Shown here piece by piece: positions 12,302-24,637 of a stretch of DNA of 64,000 bases. Within the stretch, counting starts at the first letter, position 1; each line of letters starts with the position of its first letter. The DNA comes from Gracilinanus agilis. Lineage: Eukaryota. The position numbers and the translations under genes were made by a program. The DNA lies in contig NC_058135.1 in NCBI RefSeq assembly GCF_016433145.1, positions 267,492,781 through 267,556,780 of the forward strand, given 5' to 3'. The notes under the pieces were generated by a model. It saw nothing but the letters and a program-made list of their open reading frames with translations. It was not told where the DNA came from and made no database searches.

Positions 12302-14365
12302 CTAGACTAAGGGAGATAATGGCTTTCTTGTACTCTCTGTTGGACAGATCACATCTAAAAACTGCATTCCATTTGAGAAATCACATTTTAAGAGGTACAT
12401 TGATAAGTGAGAGCCATCAGGCCTTTCCTCAGTCTTCCTCCTTGATCATTTTGTGTTATTTTATACCAGTGAGCCCTCCCTCCTCCTGGGTAGTCTCTCC
12501 TGTCTGGGTTTTTGTGATATTACTCTCTCTTAATCCTACTTCTTGTCTGAACACTCTTGCTGGATCAGCATCTGTGTTCTACTAACCGTCACATGTGTGG
12601 TTTGTTTTGTACCCCATGAATCTGGCCAGGGCCCTCTCCTCAAATCCCATCTTTGCACAAAAGGCTCCCCAATCTGCATATGCAGATCTCATCTCTTAGC
12701 TGAACACCAGTCACACAGCACAGAGTTATAGATAAAAGAGATGGAAGAGAACAGAGTCCATCAAAACTAAGCCCCTTCTTTTACAGATAAAGAACCTGAG
12801 ACCCAGAATAATTAATGGCTTACCCAAGGTCATGTAGGAAGTATCACACAGGTGAGATTGGAAGCCATGCCTCCAACTCTAGGACCAATGCCATGCTGGT
12901 TCCCACCAACTTCCAACCATCCTCCTCCACTCAAATGTCTCAAAAATATGACCCAAACACAACTCGGTATCTTTCCCCATGACCTCACCCCCTTAACTCC
13001 CCTCTTTGTCCAGGATGCCACCATCTTTCCAGACACATCAGAGTCATCATCAACTCTTCCCCTTTCCTCATCCTCTCTACATTGCCAATGACACACGGTC
13101 TAGTCAGAGGAACAATAACATACCTGAAGCCTGGAAAGGTGGACTGGAGTCGGGCTGTACCAGGTCTTAAAGGCCAAGCAGTAGAGTTTATATTTTATCT
13201 TAGAGGCAGAAAAGAACCACCAGAGCTTCTTAAGCTGAATTTATGGCAGAGAAGAGAAAGGTGGGACAACCTGTCACACTTGGGTTGTTGGTAAAATGAT
13301 TGAAATCATAATCCTTAGGTCAACCTGCTAATGCTTCCATTTTGTCTTCTCTCTCCCAGCTCCCATACTTGTTCCCTGTAACAATCTGGGGGTATTCATT
13401 AGTGCTTACAAAAAATAAAGCTTTCCACCCATCTCTTTTGAATTCCTTCAGATTCTTGTGTTTTCCTTTAGAACTCCTTTCAGGAAAGGGCTGATTCTTT
13501 TATTTGTTCAGACAATGATCCTTGGAAAGTACCCTTGACCCCCAAAATGGCACCCATGAGAGGTATTAATACTCTTCATTTAAAAACCTCATTACCTCCC
13601 ACTCTTTAGAGAAATAACTTTACTGTAGCCAGAGCTAGAGTTTTAATATGATTCATTCCCCACCCCCAATACACATACACCTACCCCTCAGCTGGAAGTG
13701 TGATACACTAGAAAGAAGGTTGGGTTTGGAACTAGCAGCCTTATTCAAAATCTTACCACACTTGTGTGAGCCTGGAAAGGTCACTTAAACTCTATTCTTC
13801 GGTTTCCACTTCTATAAAATGATGGGGTTGAGAGGGCAGCGAGGTGGCTCAGTGGATTGGGAGCCAGACCTAGAGATGGGAGTTCAAATCTGGCCTCAGA
13901 CACTTTCTAGGTGTGTGACTGTGGTCAAGTCACTTAACCCCTATTCCCTAGTTCTTACCACTCTTCTGCCCTGGAACCAATATACAGTGTTGATTCTAAG
14001 ACAGAAGGTAAGAGTTTTAAAAAAAAGAGAGAGGGTTGAACAAGATGCCCTCTCGTGTCCCTTCTGGGGCTAGAAGCTACATATTTTATTCTCCATATTC
14101 TTCCCTCATAGCACTATAGATTCTTCCTAGGGTGTGCACTTCTATTCTAATTTATGTCATATTTATCTCTGGACACATCCCCACAGACTATTAGGTTATA
14201 AATTCATGGAAAGCAGAAAATGTGCCTTATTTGTCTTTTGTCTCCCCCAGCACCTGCATGTTTTTCCTGGGAAATTGTATATAAATTAAAGGATTGCTGA
14301 ATAAGGGATAGGTTTGGTGAGGGACTCAGCATCAAAGGATTTCTCCTTTCCCCCACACTGATCAC

Positions 14366-14645
14366 TGTATTAATTAGAAATTTTGTACCTTTTGGACTCC
14401 ATCTCCCAGAATTCTTTCCGTCCCAAAATTCTTTTTCCCTTTTTCATTTATGTGCATCTTTATGTTACTGTTTATATAGTTCTGTAACTCCTCCCTCTCG
14501 CTCTCTCTCCCATGTGTGTGGCTTGGGTGAGCTCCCTCTTGAATCTAGCCTTTTAAGTTTCCTTTTTGCTTCAAGTTAATTTTTAATAAATCTTATTAAA
14601 TATAATACTTGGAGTATTTTGGATATTAATTTTTTTAAATCTACG
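14366..14645 (+). mobile_element. Short solo LTR (280 bp), family copy 1
   Basis: Starts TGTATTAATTAGAAATTTTGTACC and ends AAATCTACG. Flanks TCAC/TCAT (4-bp TSD, 1 mismatch). AATAAA near the 3' end. Confidence 0.75.
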
Positions 14646-14880
14646 TCATTCACAAATAAGAGAAGGAGCGTCTCACCAAACCTTGCTTGAGTCACTGGAT
14701 GCCCTTTATTCCTGGCACTTCACCCAGGGTTTGGGCAGAGGTAGAGATGGTGGGGATTCAGCAGAACTTTTCCCCTCCACCTCCTCTCAGCTGGATCTGA
14801 AACTATCCCCAGGGCCCAGCCCATCCTCTGGTCCTGCTCCTCGGCAGAGATACTGATTCCTCTCATCTCTCTCCTCTCAG

Positions 14881-15001
14881 GAAAAAAGCACGACTATGAA
14901 AGCCTGGGCTGGCCAAGCCCTGATGAGTGTGTAAAGCTCCGTCGAGTGGAACTCACCACCGTGGCTAGTACCTGGCTCGCCGTCTCAGCCAAAAACATCG
15001 A
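14881..15001 (+). CDS. TTC17: TTC17 coding exon, KKHDYESLGWPSPDECVKLRRVELTTVASTWLAVSAKNI(D)
   Basis: ctctcctctcAG ends at 14880 and donor GTGAGT is at 15002. 121 nt, phase 1 to 2. Not in the ORF track; read manually. Confidence 0.95.
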
Positions 15002-16735
15002 GTGAGTATCTTCACACCACGAGCCCTATAGTCTGGGTTTGGGGCCTTCAGGGATGGGCTTCCTCGCCGGGGGGCACAGATGAACCCAGCTAAGGTGCTG
15101 CCCCACAACGCTGCGCTGGTGCCCCTGGTTTGATCCTGAGTCCTTCCTCTCACCATCCCTCACAGACTGACCTGAAGGATTAGAGAAACTTCCCTGAATC
15201 TCACCGAAGGTCAGATCCTGCCTTGTAGAACGCATAGAGTTAGTCATTTTTGCTGACTTAAGGCAGTTGGTAGAACAGCAAATACTGTTCCAAAAACTCG
15301 TGCTCACTGATCTACAAAATGCATTTGATTATAGTAATGCTTAGCACACTGTTTCTAGAGCCAGCGATGTGAATTTTTTTTTAATGTCTTTTCTTCTGAC
15401 TGTGTGCAATCCCTGGGCTAGGCATGGGGGATGTTACTGGACAAGCATTCCCTGAGCACTTACTAGGTGCCAGGCCTGGTAAAGGAAACAGGAAGCAGTG
15501 CCTGTCCTCAAGGAACTCATATTCTAATGAAGGACACGAAGGTGCACTCAGTGTAGGTACAAGGAGCCTTAGGGGGAAGGCACCAGCCATGGGGAAGCCA
15601 AGAAGCCTTCTTGTAGAAGGTGGCTTTTGAGCTGAGTCTGGAAGGAAATAAAATAGGAGGTGAGGAGGAGATACATTCTAGATACTGGAAACAGTCATTG
15701 CCAAGGGACAGAGGCAGGAGATGGGATATTGTAGACCAGGATGGCTAGACCCAAAATAGGCAGAGGAAAGGAGAGGAAGGGTCAAGTGGTAAAGAGCTTT
15801 AAATGCCAAATAGGAGTTTATTCGATCATCTTAGAGGTAATAGGGAGCCATTGGGATCCATTGAGGAGAGGGGCAATGGCAGGATCAGAAATGTTCTTTA
15901 GGAAAATCATTTTGGCAGCTTGTGGAGAATGGATTGGAGTGGTACTAAGACGGAAAGTAAGGGGTTTTTTTTATTGTTTTTTGTTTGTTTGTTTTAAAAA
16001 GAGGACATAGGTGTTTCCTATCTATGAATATCTCCTAGCCACAGATACTTCCACAATGGCTCAGGACATTAAGAGCCTTGGATTTCACCAATGTGGAAAT
16101 CTTCCCCAAAGTAAATCATGCTGGTTTCTATTTTACCGTTTTTAGAGTGGTTTGAGGCTCACAGGGCTTAAGTGACTTGCCCGTGGTCACCAAGTGAGGT
16201 TTAAAACCATGTTCTTCCGACTCAAAGCTCACCACTCTGTCCACTATGCCTAGTTGTCCCAGGATATAAGTTAATAAAAAAATAATAATAATAATAAACA
16301 CAAGTTTGCAAAGCACTTTATATACGTTATTTCATTGTTTTCCCAACAATCCTGGAGGTAGGCACTATTATAATCCCCTGTTTATGGATGAGGAAACCAA
16401 AGCTGACAATACTGTGACTTGTCCAGGATCACACAGCTCATAAATGTCTGAGACCAGATATGAACTCAGGGCTTGCATTCTCAGGTGCCATGATAGGGGG
16501 AAAGCCACTTGGCTGCTCAGCAAAGTCTATCCCGTCACACAAAGTTCCTCTGTCCTGTTCAGTATAGATATGTGGCCTAAGGGCAGAAGGCTTCCTGCCT
16601 TACCTCTTGGCTCCCTGGAGGTGCATTCTGTGTTGTGACTGAGGGAGAAAGCATCCCCTTGTGGGAATCTCCCATCCATCCTCTCCTCTGTGAAGAGGAA
16701 AGGGCTAGGAGGAAATGGAATGGATTGAAGACTCC

Positions 16736-16958
16736 TGTAAAGATTAAAATTAATATACAATAACTATTATATTTTGTAAAGTTTGTTAATAACTAAAGTA
16801 AAAAAGCCAGCTAACCCAGCCCCAGTCGGGAGAGAAGGGGGGTGGGGGGAGCAGAGTCACAGAACTTATAGACAATATGCGACCACTCAGCATGGTGTAG
16901 AGATTCAAAGGAATTTGGGGGAATGTAGTTCAAAGGCACAAAATTTCTAATTAATACA
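16736..16958 (-). mobile_element. Short solo LTR (223 bp), family copy 2
   Basis: TGTAAAG...CAAAATTTCTAATTAATACA with TSD CTCC at 16732-16735 and 16959-16962. Confidence 0.8.
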
Positions 16959-17288
16959 CTCCCATACTCCATAGAGCATAAAAAGAAAACTGGGAATCGT
17001 CCGTGCCCAAAGCCGAGAACTCCTCGGCAACTCTCGACACCCCCATCCCGGGAGGCCTTTCCCAGGACATCTTCCCTGTGAGGACCTCCCAGGTCCTCGA
17101 TGTGTGTCTGGCACACTCCTATGTGCGTGTCGTCTCTCCCACCATCCCAGGAGAACTTTGGGCACTTTGTCTCCCTGTGTTATCTGCCATACAGCGAGTG
17201 ACTAATCCATACTCCTGATTGGTTGACCGGTGCCTGCCACGTTGCCCCTCAGCTCACGTGTGACCTGTGTTGGTTTTGCACGTTTCAG

Positions 17289-17448
17289 CATCACAGAACA
17301 CATAGACTTTGCTACGCAGCTTCAGGAGCCGGCGATGGAGCCCCTCTGTAACAGCAACCTCCCTGCCAGCATGCACACCTTGGACCACCTGCACGGAGTG
17401 GCCAACCGCGCCAGCCTGCACTACACGGGCGAGAGCCAGCTAAAAGAG
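17289..17448 (+). CDS. TTC17: TTC17 coding exon, ITEHIDFATQLQEPAMEPLCNSNLPASMHTLDHLHGVANRASLHYTGESQLKE
   Basis: AG at 17287-17288 and donor GTGAGC at 17449. 160 nt, phase 2 to 0. Confidence 0.96.
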
Positions 17449-18762
17449 GTGAGCGTGGCACTGGGGGAAGACGGCTTTGAAGAGGGGTCCAAAAGGCTCC
17501 TCGCCATGAGTATTCAGCCCCAGTGCAATGAGTAAAAATTCTGAGGCTGGATTCCAGGTAAGAAAAACCCGCTCATTCTCTAGGCCGGCGATACAATAAA
17601 GTCATCAGTCCGTGATCTCTCCCGGTGATCAAAGACGTTTCATTCAGTCTTGAGTCAATCGGTCCAACTTTGGAGTCTCGCGATTCAGCTCTCCACTAGA
17701 GCCCGAGACGTCTCTCCGTGGTAGGCGCCTAACGAGGAGGCAGGCCCATATTTCCCACTGATTCTCTGGTCCCCTCACGAAGATGGGAAAGCCACAGGCC
17801 CCATCACAGAGTTCCAGTGTCCTCGCTGATCCAGATGGGGAAATCCGCTTAGGCCTAACCAAGGTTGACTTTCATCTCTTCATCCCAATGGGAGAAAGAC
17901 AAGGATGTGGCTGCGCTGCCCCCAGACATTCTTGACCAAGACTCATTTTTTGTTTGCTAGACAGGCTAGAGCTTCCATTCTCAGTCTTAATCATCCCAGC
18001 TTCAGAAGCTACTCCAGGACAGGGAATGTGAGGACATACCGTGGATGGCCAGGACAAAGGAACGAGGAAAAAGGAAAAATGAGAAAAAAGCCCTATTAGA
18101 CATCCAAATGATACAGTATTTAGAATAAATCTTCTCACCTGCCTGTCTCTGCGAATGTAGACTCCTTTGCGTGGCTGGGCAAGCAGGCTAAGGGACCAGG
18201 GTCAGTAAGACCCAACCTAGCCACTGGCCAAGGAGGTTTTGGAGAAATGGCAATGGCGGTGGCCCTTTGGGGTCAGATGAGACCGTGGTGTCCTGGCCTC
18301 CACACCGTAACAATAAGACTGTAGGAGAATTAGACCCTATGACTTACTGAATGAGAGAAGCTTCTGAGTGTTTACAATGTGCCAAGCTAAGCGCTGGAGA
18401 TACAAATACAAAAGTGAGACAATCTTGCTCCCAACAAGGTGGCGATACAAGATCAGACCCTCGTGCTCTGGGGGCCATTTCTCTCATAACATCATAAGAA
18501 AAGAAGTCTTGGACTTAGAAAGGGCCTAAGGGTTGGCTTAAATAGACAGAAGAAGAACCGTAGGCTCCTGCAACAAGAGCCATTTTTGAAAGGTCACAAG
18601 TATTAAGTAGCAGTGCCAGGATTTGAACCCGGATGCCCTGGATCCCAATCTCTGCCATCACTGTGCCTTCCCACCGCCGGCTTCTCCCTGCCCCAATCAC
18701 GGGCTTTTGCTTCCCTTTCCCCTCTTCATTGTTCTGACCCACCATCTCTCTCCCCTCTCCAG

Positions 18763-18846
18763 GTGCTACAGAATCTTGGCAAAGACAAGTACCCCCAGCA
18801 GTCATTTGAACAGATTGGTACTCGCATCGCCAAAGTTTTGGAAAAG
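18763..18846 (+). CDS. TTC17: TTC17 coding exon, VLQNLGKDKYPQQSFEQIGTRIAKVLEK
   Basis: AG at 18761-18762 and donor GTAGGT at 18847. 84 nt, phase 0 to 0. Confidence 0.96.
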
Positions 18847-19120
18847 GTAGGTTCCCCCGTCTGGAAGCTGGCGCCGTGTCCCGGGGGGCGCTCCTGACTC
18901 CCCCTGCCAGGAAGCAACCCTAAAGCATCTCAGGGCTGAAAAGGAGCCCTCTGTGAACTCAATTCAGAATTCAAAACCTCTTCCTTCTCTCTCACATCTC
19001 TAAGACAGCGGCTCCTTCCTTGTGCTTTAAGACCTTCCATTGCAAACTTTCCCTGGACAGTATTTTCTTTTTCCCCAAATGGGCACTTGCTATGGCAAGG
19101 GAAGAAAAAAAGGTTTCGAG

Positions 19121-19308
19121 CCTGGGTTCTTGGCCGAGAGTCTGTGAACTTGCTGAGGCTTTTTTAGTCTGTATTTTGATCACTATTTCAATTTCATTGG
19201 TTGTGTTTGTAATTCTCTATATTTCTTATTACGCTTTTAAAAACAGTATTTTGAGAAGGCTCCTGGCTTCATAAGGGTCCATGAAACCCAGAAAATAAAG
19301 AACCCCTG
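19121..19308 (+). mobile_element. Old hAT/Charlie-type MITE
   Basis: Termini cctgggttctt and aagaacccctg resemble a CAGGGGTTCTT TIR. The 8-bp flanks are degenerate. Confidence 0.6.
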
Positions 19309-19561
19309 GCCTAGGGATGGTTGGCACTCTGAGGAGATTAGGAGACCGTCCCACGTGGCTCTTTTGTGTTAGGCAGGTGGGACACACACACTTTTAGATT
19401 TTTTTTCCTCCTTTTAAAACCTTAAACATCACCTTTATTTGTGAAAGGGTAATTCATGTAGTCAACAGGAAGACATAGGAGGGCTCCAGGGGCTTCCCTG
19501 CCAGACCCATCCCTGCAGAGAGAGCAGGAGATGTCAGCTCCCCCCAACCATTCCCTTTCAG

Positions 19562-19681
19562 AACCAGACCTCCTGGGTCCTCTCCAGCATGGCAGCCCTG
19601 TACTGGCGAGTAAAAGGACAAGGGAAGAAGGCCATCGACTGTCTGAGGCAGGCCCTCCATTATGCCCCACATCATATGAAA
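19562..19681 (+). CDS. TTC17: TTC17 coding exon (TPR), NQTSWVLSSMAALYWRVKGQGKKAIDCLRQALHYAPHHMK
   Basis: AG at 19560-19561 and donor GTGAGT at 19682. 120 nt with a TPR-like helix pair. Confidence 0.96.
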
Positions 19682-21089
19682 GTGAGTACAAGAGGGCCGT
19701 GCGTGCATGCGTGTGTGCGTCTTGTCTGTGTCTGTGTCTGTGTGATTTTCACTTTGGAATTTCTCTTGTTTGGGGGCTGGAGGAGGAGGCGTTTATAGTT
19801 TCCACATTTCACCTATAGGAGGAACCCCCTGTGTGCAAAATTCCCTCCACCAATGTACATGCACTGAAAAAAAGCAATGGCTTGGGTGTCAGAAGACCCA
19901 GATTCAAATCTCACCTGTGACACTTCCTTGGGAACATCCTTTGCTTTCCCTACATATGCCTCCACTTTCTCATCTATAAAACACGGGGCTGTCACACTCG
20001 AGGGCCTCTGTGGTTCCTTCCAGCTCTCTATCTTTGAACTTATCATTTAGACATCCTTTAGACCTTGAGCCTCTCCTCTGCCTTCCCTCGAGCCTCAGGA
20101 AGCTGAAAAGAACTCCTCTGAGAGAACCGAAACGTTAGACCTGTAACGCCTGCACTGCATCCACACAGCAGCCAGATGCTGGTGAACGTTCAGAGGGGCA
20201 TGGCCAGCCCTTCACCTTGTCCACCCTAGAAGCCATGGGGGTCACCCACTTGTGCGCAGGCCCATAAGGACCCCTCATGCTCTGGCGCACATACCCCAGA
20301 GCTGGTCCGCGAGGAGACCTGTTTCCATTCATTAGGAGCACGTAGATGAGAGCGAGATTCTCTTTGTTCTTGGAGCCTTCATTGATATCACCGCAGAAGA
20401 ACAAGCCACACTTACCAGGATGAAGGGAACCAGCCAATTCACTGTCTGCAGTCAGTAGCCCTAGACTACCTTTTTCTGTATGTTTCCAGGATTGTGCCCT
20501 GGACTTGGGGAGCCCGAGTTCAAGTCCTGCCAACAGAATTTACTAGATGTGTGACCCTGTCAACTGAGGGAGGTTATGCTCGATGGCATCCAAGGTTCCT
20601 TCTAATTCTGTATCTATGATGCTATGACCTTACTACGCCGTCGTGCACACAGTAGGTGTTCAGGGGGCAGCTGGGTGGCTCCAACGTTAGAAAGCCAGGT
20701 CTAGGTCAGAAGGTCCCAAGTTCAAATCTGGCCTCAGACACTTCCTAGCTCAGTGATCCTGGGTGAGTCACTTGATCCCCACTGCCTAGCCCTTTTCATT
20801 CTGGCTTGAAACCAATACACAGTATTGATTCTAAGACAGAAGGTAAGAATTAAAAAAAATAAATGTTCAGTGAGTGCTTATTTAATGTACTGAGGAAAAC
20901 TGGCCACTTTCCTTGGTATTATAATCAGGATCGAGCTCTTCTGGTTGGCTCCCCAGACAACTAGATGGCAGGGAAGTGGGTGAGGGACTCCGCGGGGTCT
21001 TCACAAAGAAACCCTGGCGATATGCTCAGACAGCGGCTTCGGGTGAAGGTGTCATCATCCCCGGCCTCTCTTCTTTCCTCTCTGCCCAG

Positions 21090-21233
21090 GACGTGCCCCT
21101 GATCAGCCTGGCCAACATCTTGCACAATGCCAGGCTCTGGCAGGACGCCATCGTGGTGGCCACCATGGCCGTAGAGATCGCCCCCCACTTTGTGGTGAAC
21201 CATTTCACGCTGGCCAATGTCTACGTGGCGATG
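21090..21233 (+). CDS. TTC17: TTC17 coding exon (TPR), DVPLISLANILHNARLWQDAIVVATMAVEIAPHFVVNHFTLANVYVAM
   Basis: AG at 21088-21089 and donor GTGAGT at 21234. 144 nt. Confidence 0.96.
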
Positions 21234-22219
21234 GTGAGTAGCAGCAGGACCCAGCGAGCCCCCTCCGGCCGCCCGTCTCTTCGGACGCAGAGAGGGCTCT
21301 GCTTCCTTCTGTCCCTGTTGGTTATAATGTCTGAACGGCGGATGGGGCGCAATTAGGGCCCCTCAGAGCTCTTTTCCAGTTCCAAATGGTTGATTCCCAG
21401 GATTAGTTTCAGGGCAAGGGGACCCATTGGTCCTTTCTCTTCCACAAAGCTGCCCGCATTGAGACGAAGAACAGCGGCCTGTTCCTGGGTCGTACGAGGT
21501 GGGTGGGCCGACAGGCATTTAAAATTTCAACCACAACTTGGGTGGAAAACCAGCATTTTCTAAATTCACAAGCATAACTGAGATGCCTCACTAAGCAGCT
21601 CATCTAACAGTGCCCAGGTTGGCTTCCAATTTGCTTTGGAGCTGAGAAGGCCAGACATGGTGGATGCTAACGTTTGACAGCGAGGGTGCCAGGCCAGCCA
21701 TGGCCATTGCTTAGAACCAGGGCCTTGCTCTTGACCGTAAAGTTCTGAGATGGAAAAATGCTCTCTTGGGGACAACCAAGTGGCTCAGTGGATCGAGAGC
21801 CTGGCCTAGTTACTGGAGGTTTGGGGTTCAGATCAGGCCTCAGACTTAGTCACTTAACCCCCATTGCGCAGTCCTTACCTCTCTTCTGCCTGGGAACAAA
21901 TACATTGGTTCTAAGATGGGAAATAGGGTTAAAAAAAAAGTGCCATCCTCAGCATCACCTCCTTCGGTGCCAGCATCTGCCACCCTTTTCCCCTCTGGTG
22001 TTGGGGCAGAGACCATCATTTCTGATGAAACGTGGCACCCCCGCAGCAGAAGTTGCCCCTTACCGCCGCTGCCCCCATCCCCCAGACCTCAGAAATTGGG
22101 TCTGTTTTGATGACTCTGAGAAGGCACCAACGGGAGATTGCTGCCCCTTGGCAGGGGTTGGAGGGAATCAGGGATGGGAAGTTTTTATTTCTCACATTTA
22201 ATCACCTGTCCCAATGCAG

Positions 22220-22347
22220 GAGGAGTTTGAAAAGGCCATGATGTGGTATGAATCAACACTAAAACTGCAGCCCGAATTTGCACCAGCCAAGAATCGAATC
22301 CGGACCATCCAGTGTCATTTACTTATGAAAAAAGAGCGTCGTTCTCC
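22220..22347 (+). CDS. TTC17: TTC17 terminal coding exon, EEFEKAMMWYESTLKLQPEFAPAKNRIRTIQCHLLMKKERRS(P); stop codon hidden in N-gap
   Basis: AG at 22218-22219. Matches the recalled TTC17 C-terminus (...KKGRRSP in human). Sequence breaks at CC followed by N at 22348. Confidence 0.94.
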
Positions 22348-22541
22348 NNNNNNNNNNNNNNNNNNNNNNNNNNNNNNNNNNNNNNNNNNNNNNNNNNNNN
22401 NNNNNNNNNNNNNNNNNNNNNNNNNNNNNNNNNNNNNNNNNNNNNNNNNNNNNNNNNNNNNNNNNNNNNNNNNNNNNNNNNNNNNNNNNNNNNNNNNNNN
22501 NNNNNNNNNNNNNNNNNNNNNNNNNNNNNNNNNNNNNNNNN
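22348..22541. other. Assembly gap (N run); other gaps at 34902-35078, 51292-51399, 61767-61905 and 62763-62917
   Basis: Directly visible. Confidence 0.99.
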
Positions 22542-23630
22542 AAGAAACCGATCATTGTCCAGTATCTTCTCGTAATGAAGTGTGTGATGATAAGTGGGGG
22601 GACCAAGACAGGAGGTTCGGTTTGGTTCTTTTGGTTCCTTTTCCCACGCCCACCCCCTCGCCTCCCTGCCTTCCTCTCCAGAAAGAAGCCTCTTTGGAAA
22701 CGGTTGTTCCCAACGGAAAATGTAGCTTCAGAAAACTGTGTAAATAACCGAGCTGAGAAACCTCCCGAGATGTCCCATCCCTGAACACCTTTCGGGTTTT
22801 CTCAGCAGTCCGACCCGCTCCCGCCTCGCGGAGGGGGCTGGGACAGTCCTGATAATTACCTGCTTCCCAATGTTGTAGCATCTGTCGGTGGAAATGCAAA
22901 AACCCATCCCTACACCAGATAACAAGCAGCCGCGTCCAGCTGTCCATCCATTGGAAATCCATGCTTTTACCCAGTCTTGTCCGATTCATGCTGCCGTGTT
23001 ACAAGCCCAGAGGTAGTTTGCAGGGGGGGGGTCGGGGCGGGAGGGGGGAAAGTGACTTAAAAATCAAAATCTTTGAAAAGAAAAAAAAACTTTAGGAACA
23101 TCCGACCTTTTGTAATGTTATTTATGTTGGGGGGTGGGCTGGGAGGGAGGGACCGAGACAAGGAAAATCAGCGATGTGCAACATCTAAACCATTTGTATT
23201 CTGATCACAAGACACAAGGAAGTCAAAAAGTTGGAGTCTCACGTAGGAGGCGCGGATACATATATGTGTGTATGTACACGTATTAAAAAATATATGCATA
23301 CATATATGTGTGTGTGCGGCACATGTACACACACATGTATACACACATAGAGAGGCAGATGTGTGTATATATGTATAGTTGAAGACCTCCGCAGACCTAA
23401 GTGTCTCTGTTTTACTGATTTTTTGTTCACTGTATTACCCATCTCAGAAAAAAGGTACAAGTGTAAACTCCCTCTCTCTGAGACCTTCTACTTCGTGCTA
23501 CTCCAAGTGAGCTGGCTAGACCTGTACGAGTCTAAATCGAGCTTTTCCCTTTGGTCCGGAGCCTCCAGACCATGTGAAATCTGCAAGGGCACATACTGAG
23601 AACAAAAATAAAAGCTGTTTATGAGCAAAA
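22542..23630 (+). other. TTC17: TTC17 3' UTR (inferred)
   Basis: Non-repetitive sequence after the last codons, with TGTAAATA (22739), TTATTTAT (23118), ATTAAA (23282) and AATAAA (23607). Confidence 0.7.
23607..23612 (+). terminator. Probable TTC17 polyadenylation signal AATAAA
   Basis: First canonical AATAAA in readable sequence after the coding end, followed by GT/T-rich sequence (ctttgtggcg, gcatgtttgctttct). Confidence 0.65.
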
Positions 23631-24476
23631 TGCGGGTCCCTTTGTGGCGGCGGCGCTGCGTGCATGTTTGCTTTCTCGCTTCCTTGACGCTGGATTAACT
23701 GGGTCCCCCTGAGCCCCTGGTTTTTTGGGGTCTGAGCTGCATCCAGCAGATGTCCCCATCCCCCCCCAGCCTCCCTGTCCTTTGAGCCCATCACTGAGAA
23801 GAGAGAGGGAGAGGGGCGGGGGGGGCCACACCGGACAGCAGGGCGGCTCTGTGGTGGACAAACCCATCTTGGTGACCTCTTTAGTCGAGGAAGATTGCAC
23901 ATTCCCTTCCCCAACCCACCATCCGCTGAGTCACAAAAGAAAGCCCATTTAGTTCTCTCCATTCCCTGCTCCGAGAAACTCATGGATGTGGTTCCTAGTC
24001 CAGTGGAGCCTGTGCTGCCAGGAAAGGGCAGGATGAAGTTCCAAAGAAAGCCCGAGGGTCTGGGAGGACCTCCAGCAGCCACCAGGCAGCCAGAAAGTCT
24101 GGATTATCCCACCTAGAGCTCCCACTCGGCCTTAGCAGGCAACCTTGGCCAAAGAATAACTCGGTGGTCTGCCCTCTGATGAGTCTGGAGTGCCCTGGGC
24201 CGGTCCTCCTTTGGTTGTGAGTTGTCACCAGCTTTATACATGAGCTCTTTGCAGCTTGTCAGGGTACACCAGAGTCGGTTTAGATTTTATGAGACTGAGA
24301 CCACCTCCATGCAATGGAAAGACTTCAAGAAAGAGCCCTCATCGCCCCCCCAGTGCATTTTAGGGACATCGGGGGCACAGCCCAAGGTCAGGTTCGTTCC
24401 TGTGGTTTTATTTCATTAATATTTTTTGTTTTGCTTCATCATTTCTACCTCTCCATACGCTTTTCTTCCTCTACAT

Positions 24477-24637
24477 CAGTGGTTCCCAGACTTTTTTGGC
24501 CTAGCACCCCCTGGAAATTATGAAACTATCAAACTCAGGATAGAACGTAATACAAAAAAAAAGTGTGGCCATCACCACTTCCCTGGATTGCTGCAGCACC
24601 CACCAGGGGGCGGTGGCGTCCACTTTGGGAATCACTG
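24477..24637 (+). mobile_element. hAT MITE (161 bp) with perfect 8-bp TSD, carrying a CTCF-like motif
   Basis: TIRs CAGTGGTTCCCAGA and TTTGGGAATCACTG. TSD CTCTACAT at 24469-24476 and 24638-24645. Confidence 0.92.
24600..24613 (+). promoter_or_regulatory. CTCF core motif CCACCAGGGGGCGG inside the MITE
   Basis: 13/14 identical to the consensus CCACCAGGGGGCGC. Binding is untested. Confidence 0.55.

Noticed and set aside
22214-22747. 177-aa ORF suggesting a C-terminal extension of TTC17
   Set aside because: An artefact of translating through Ns. The stop is expected at about 22349.
24342-24356. Second CTCF-like G-run (also at ~18883-18897)
   Set aside because: Spacing and 5' bases fit the consensus poorly, and such matches are expected in GC-rich DNA.
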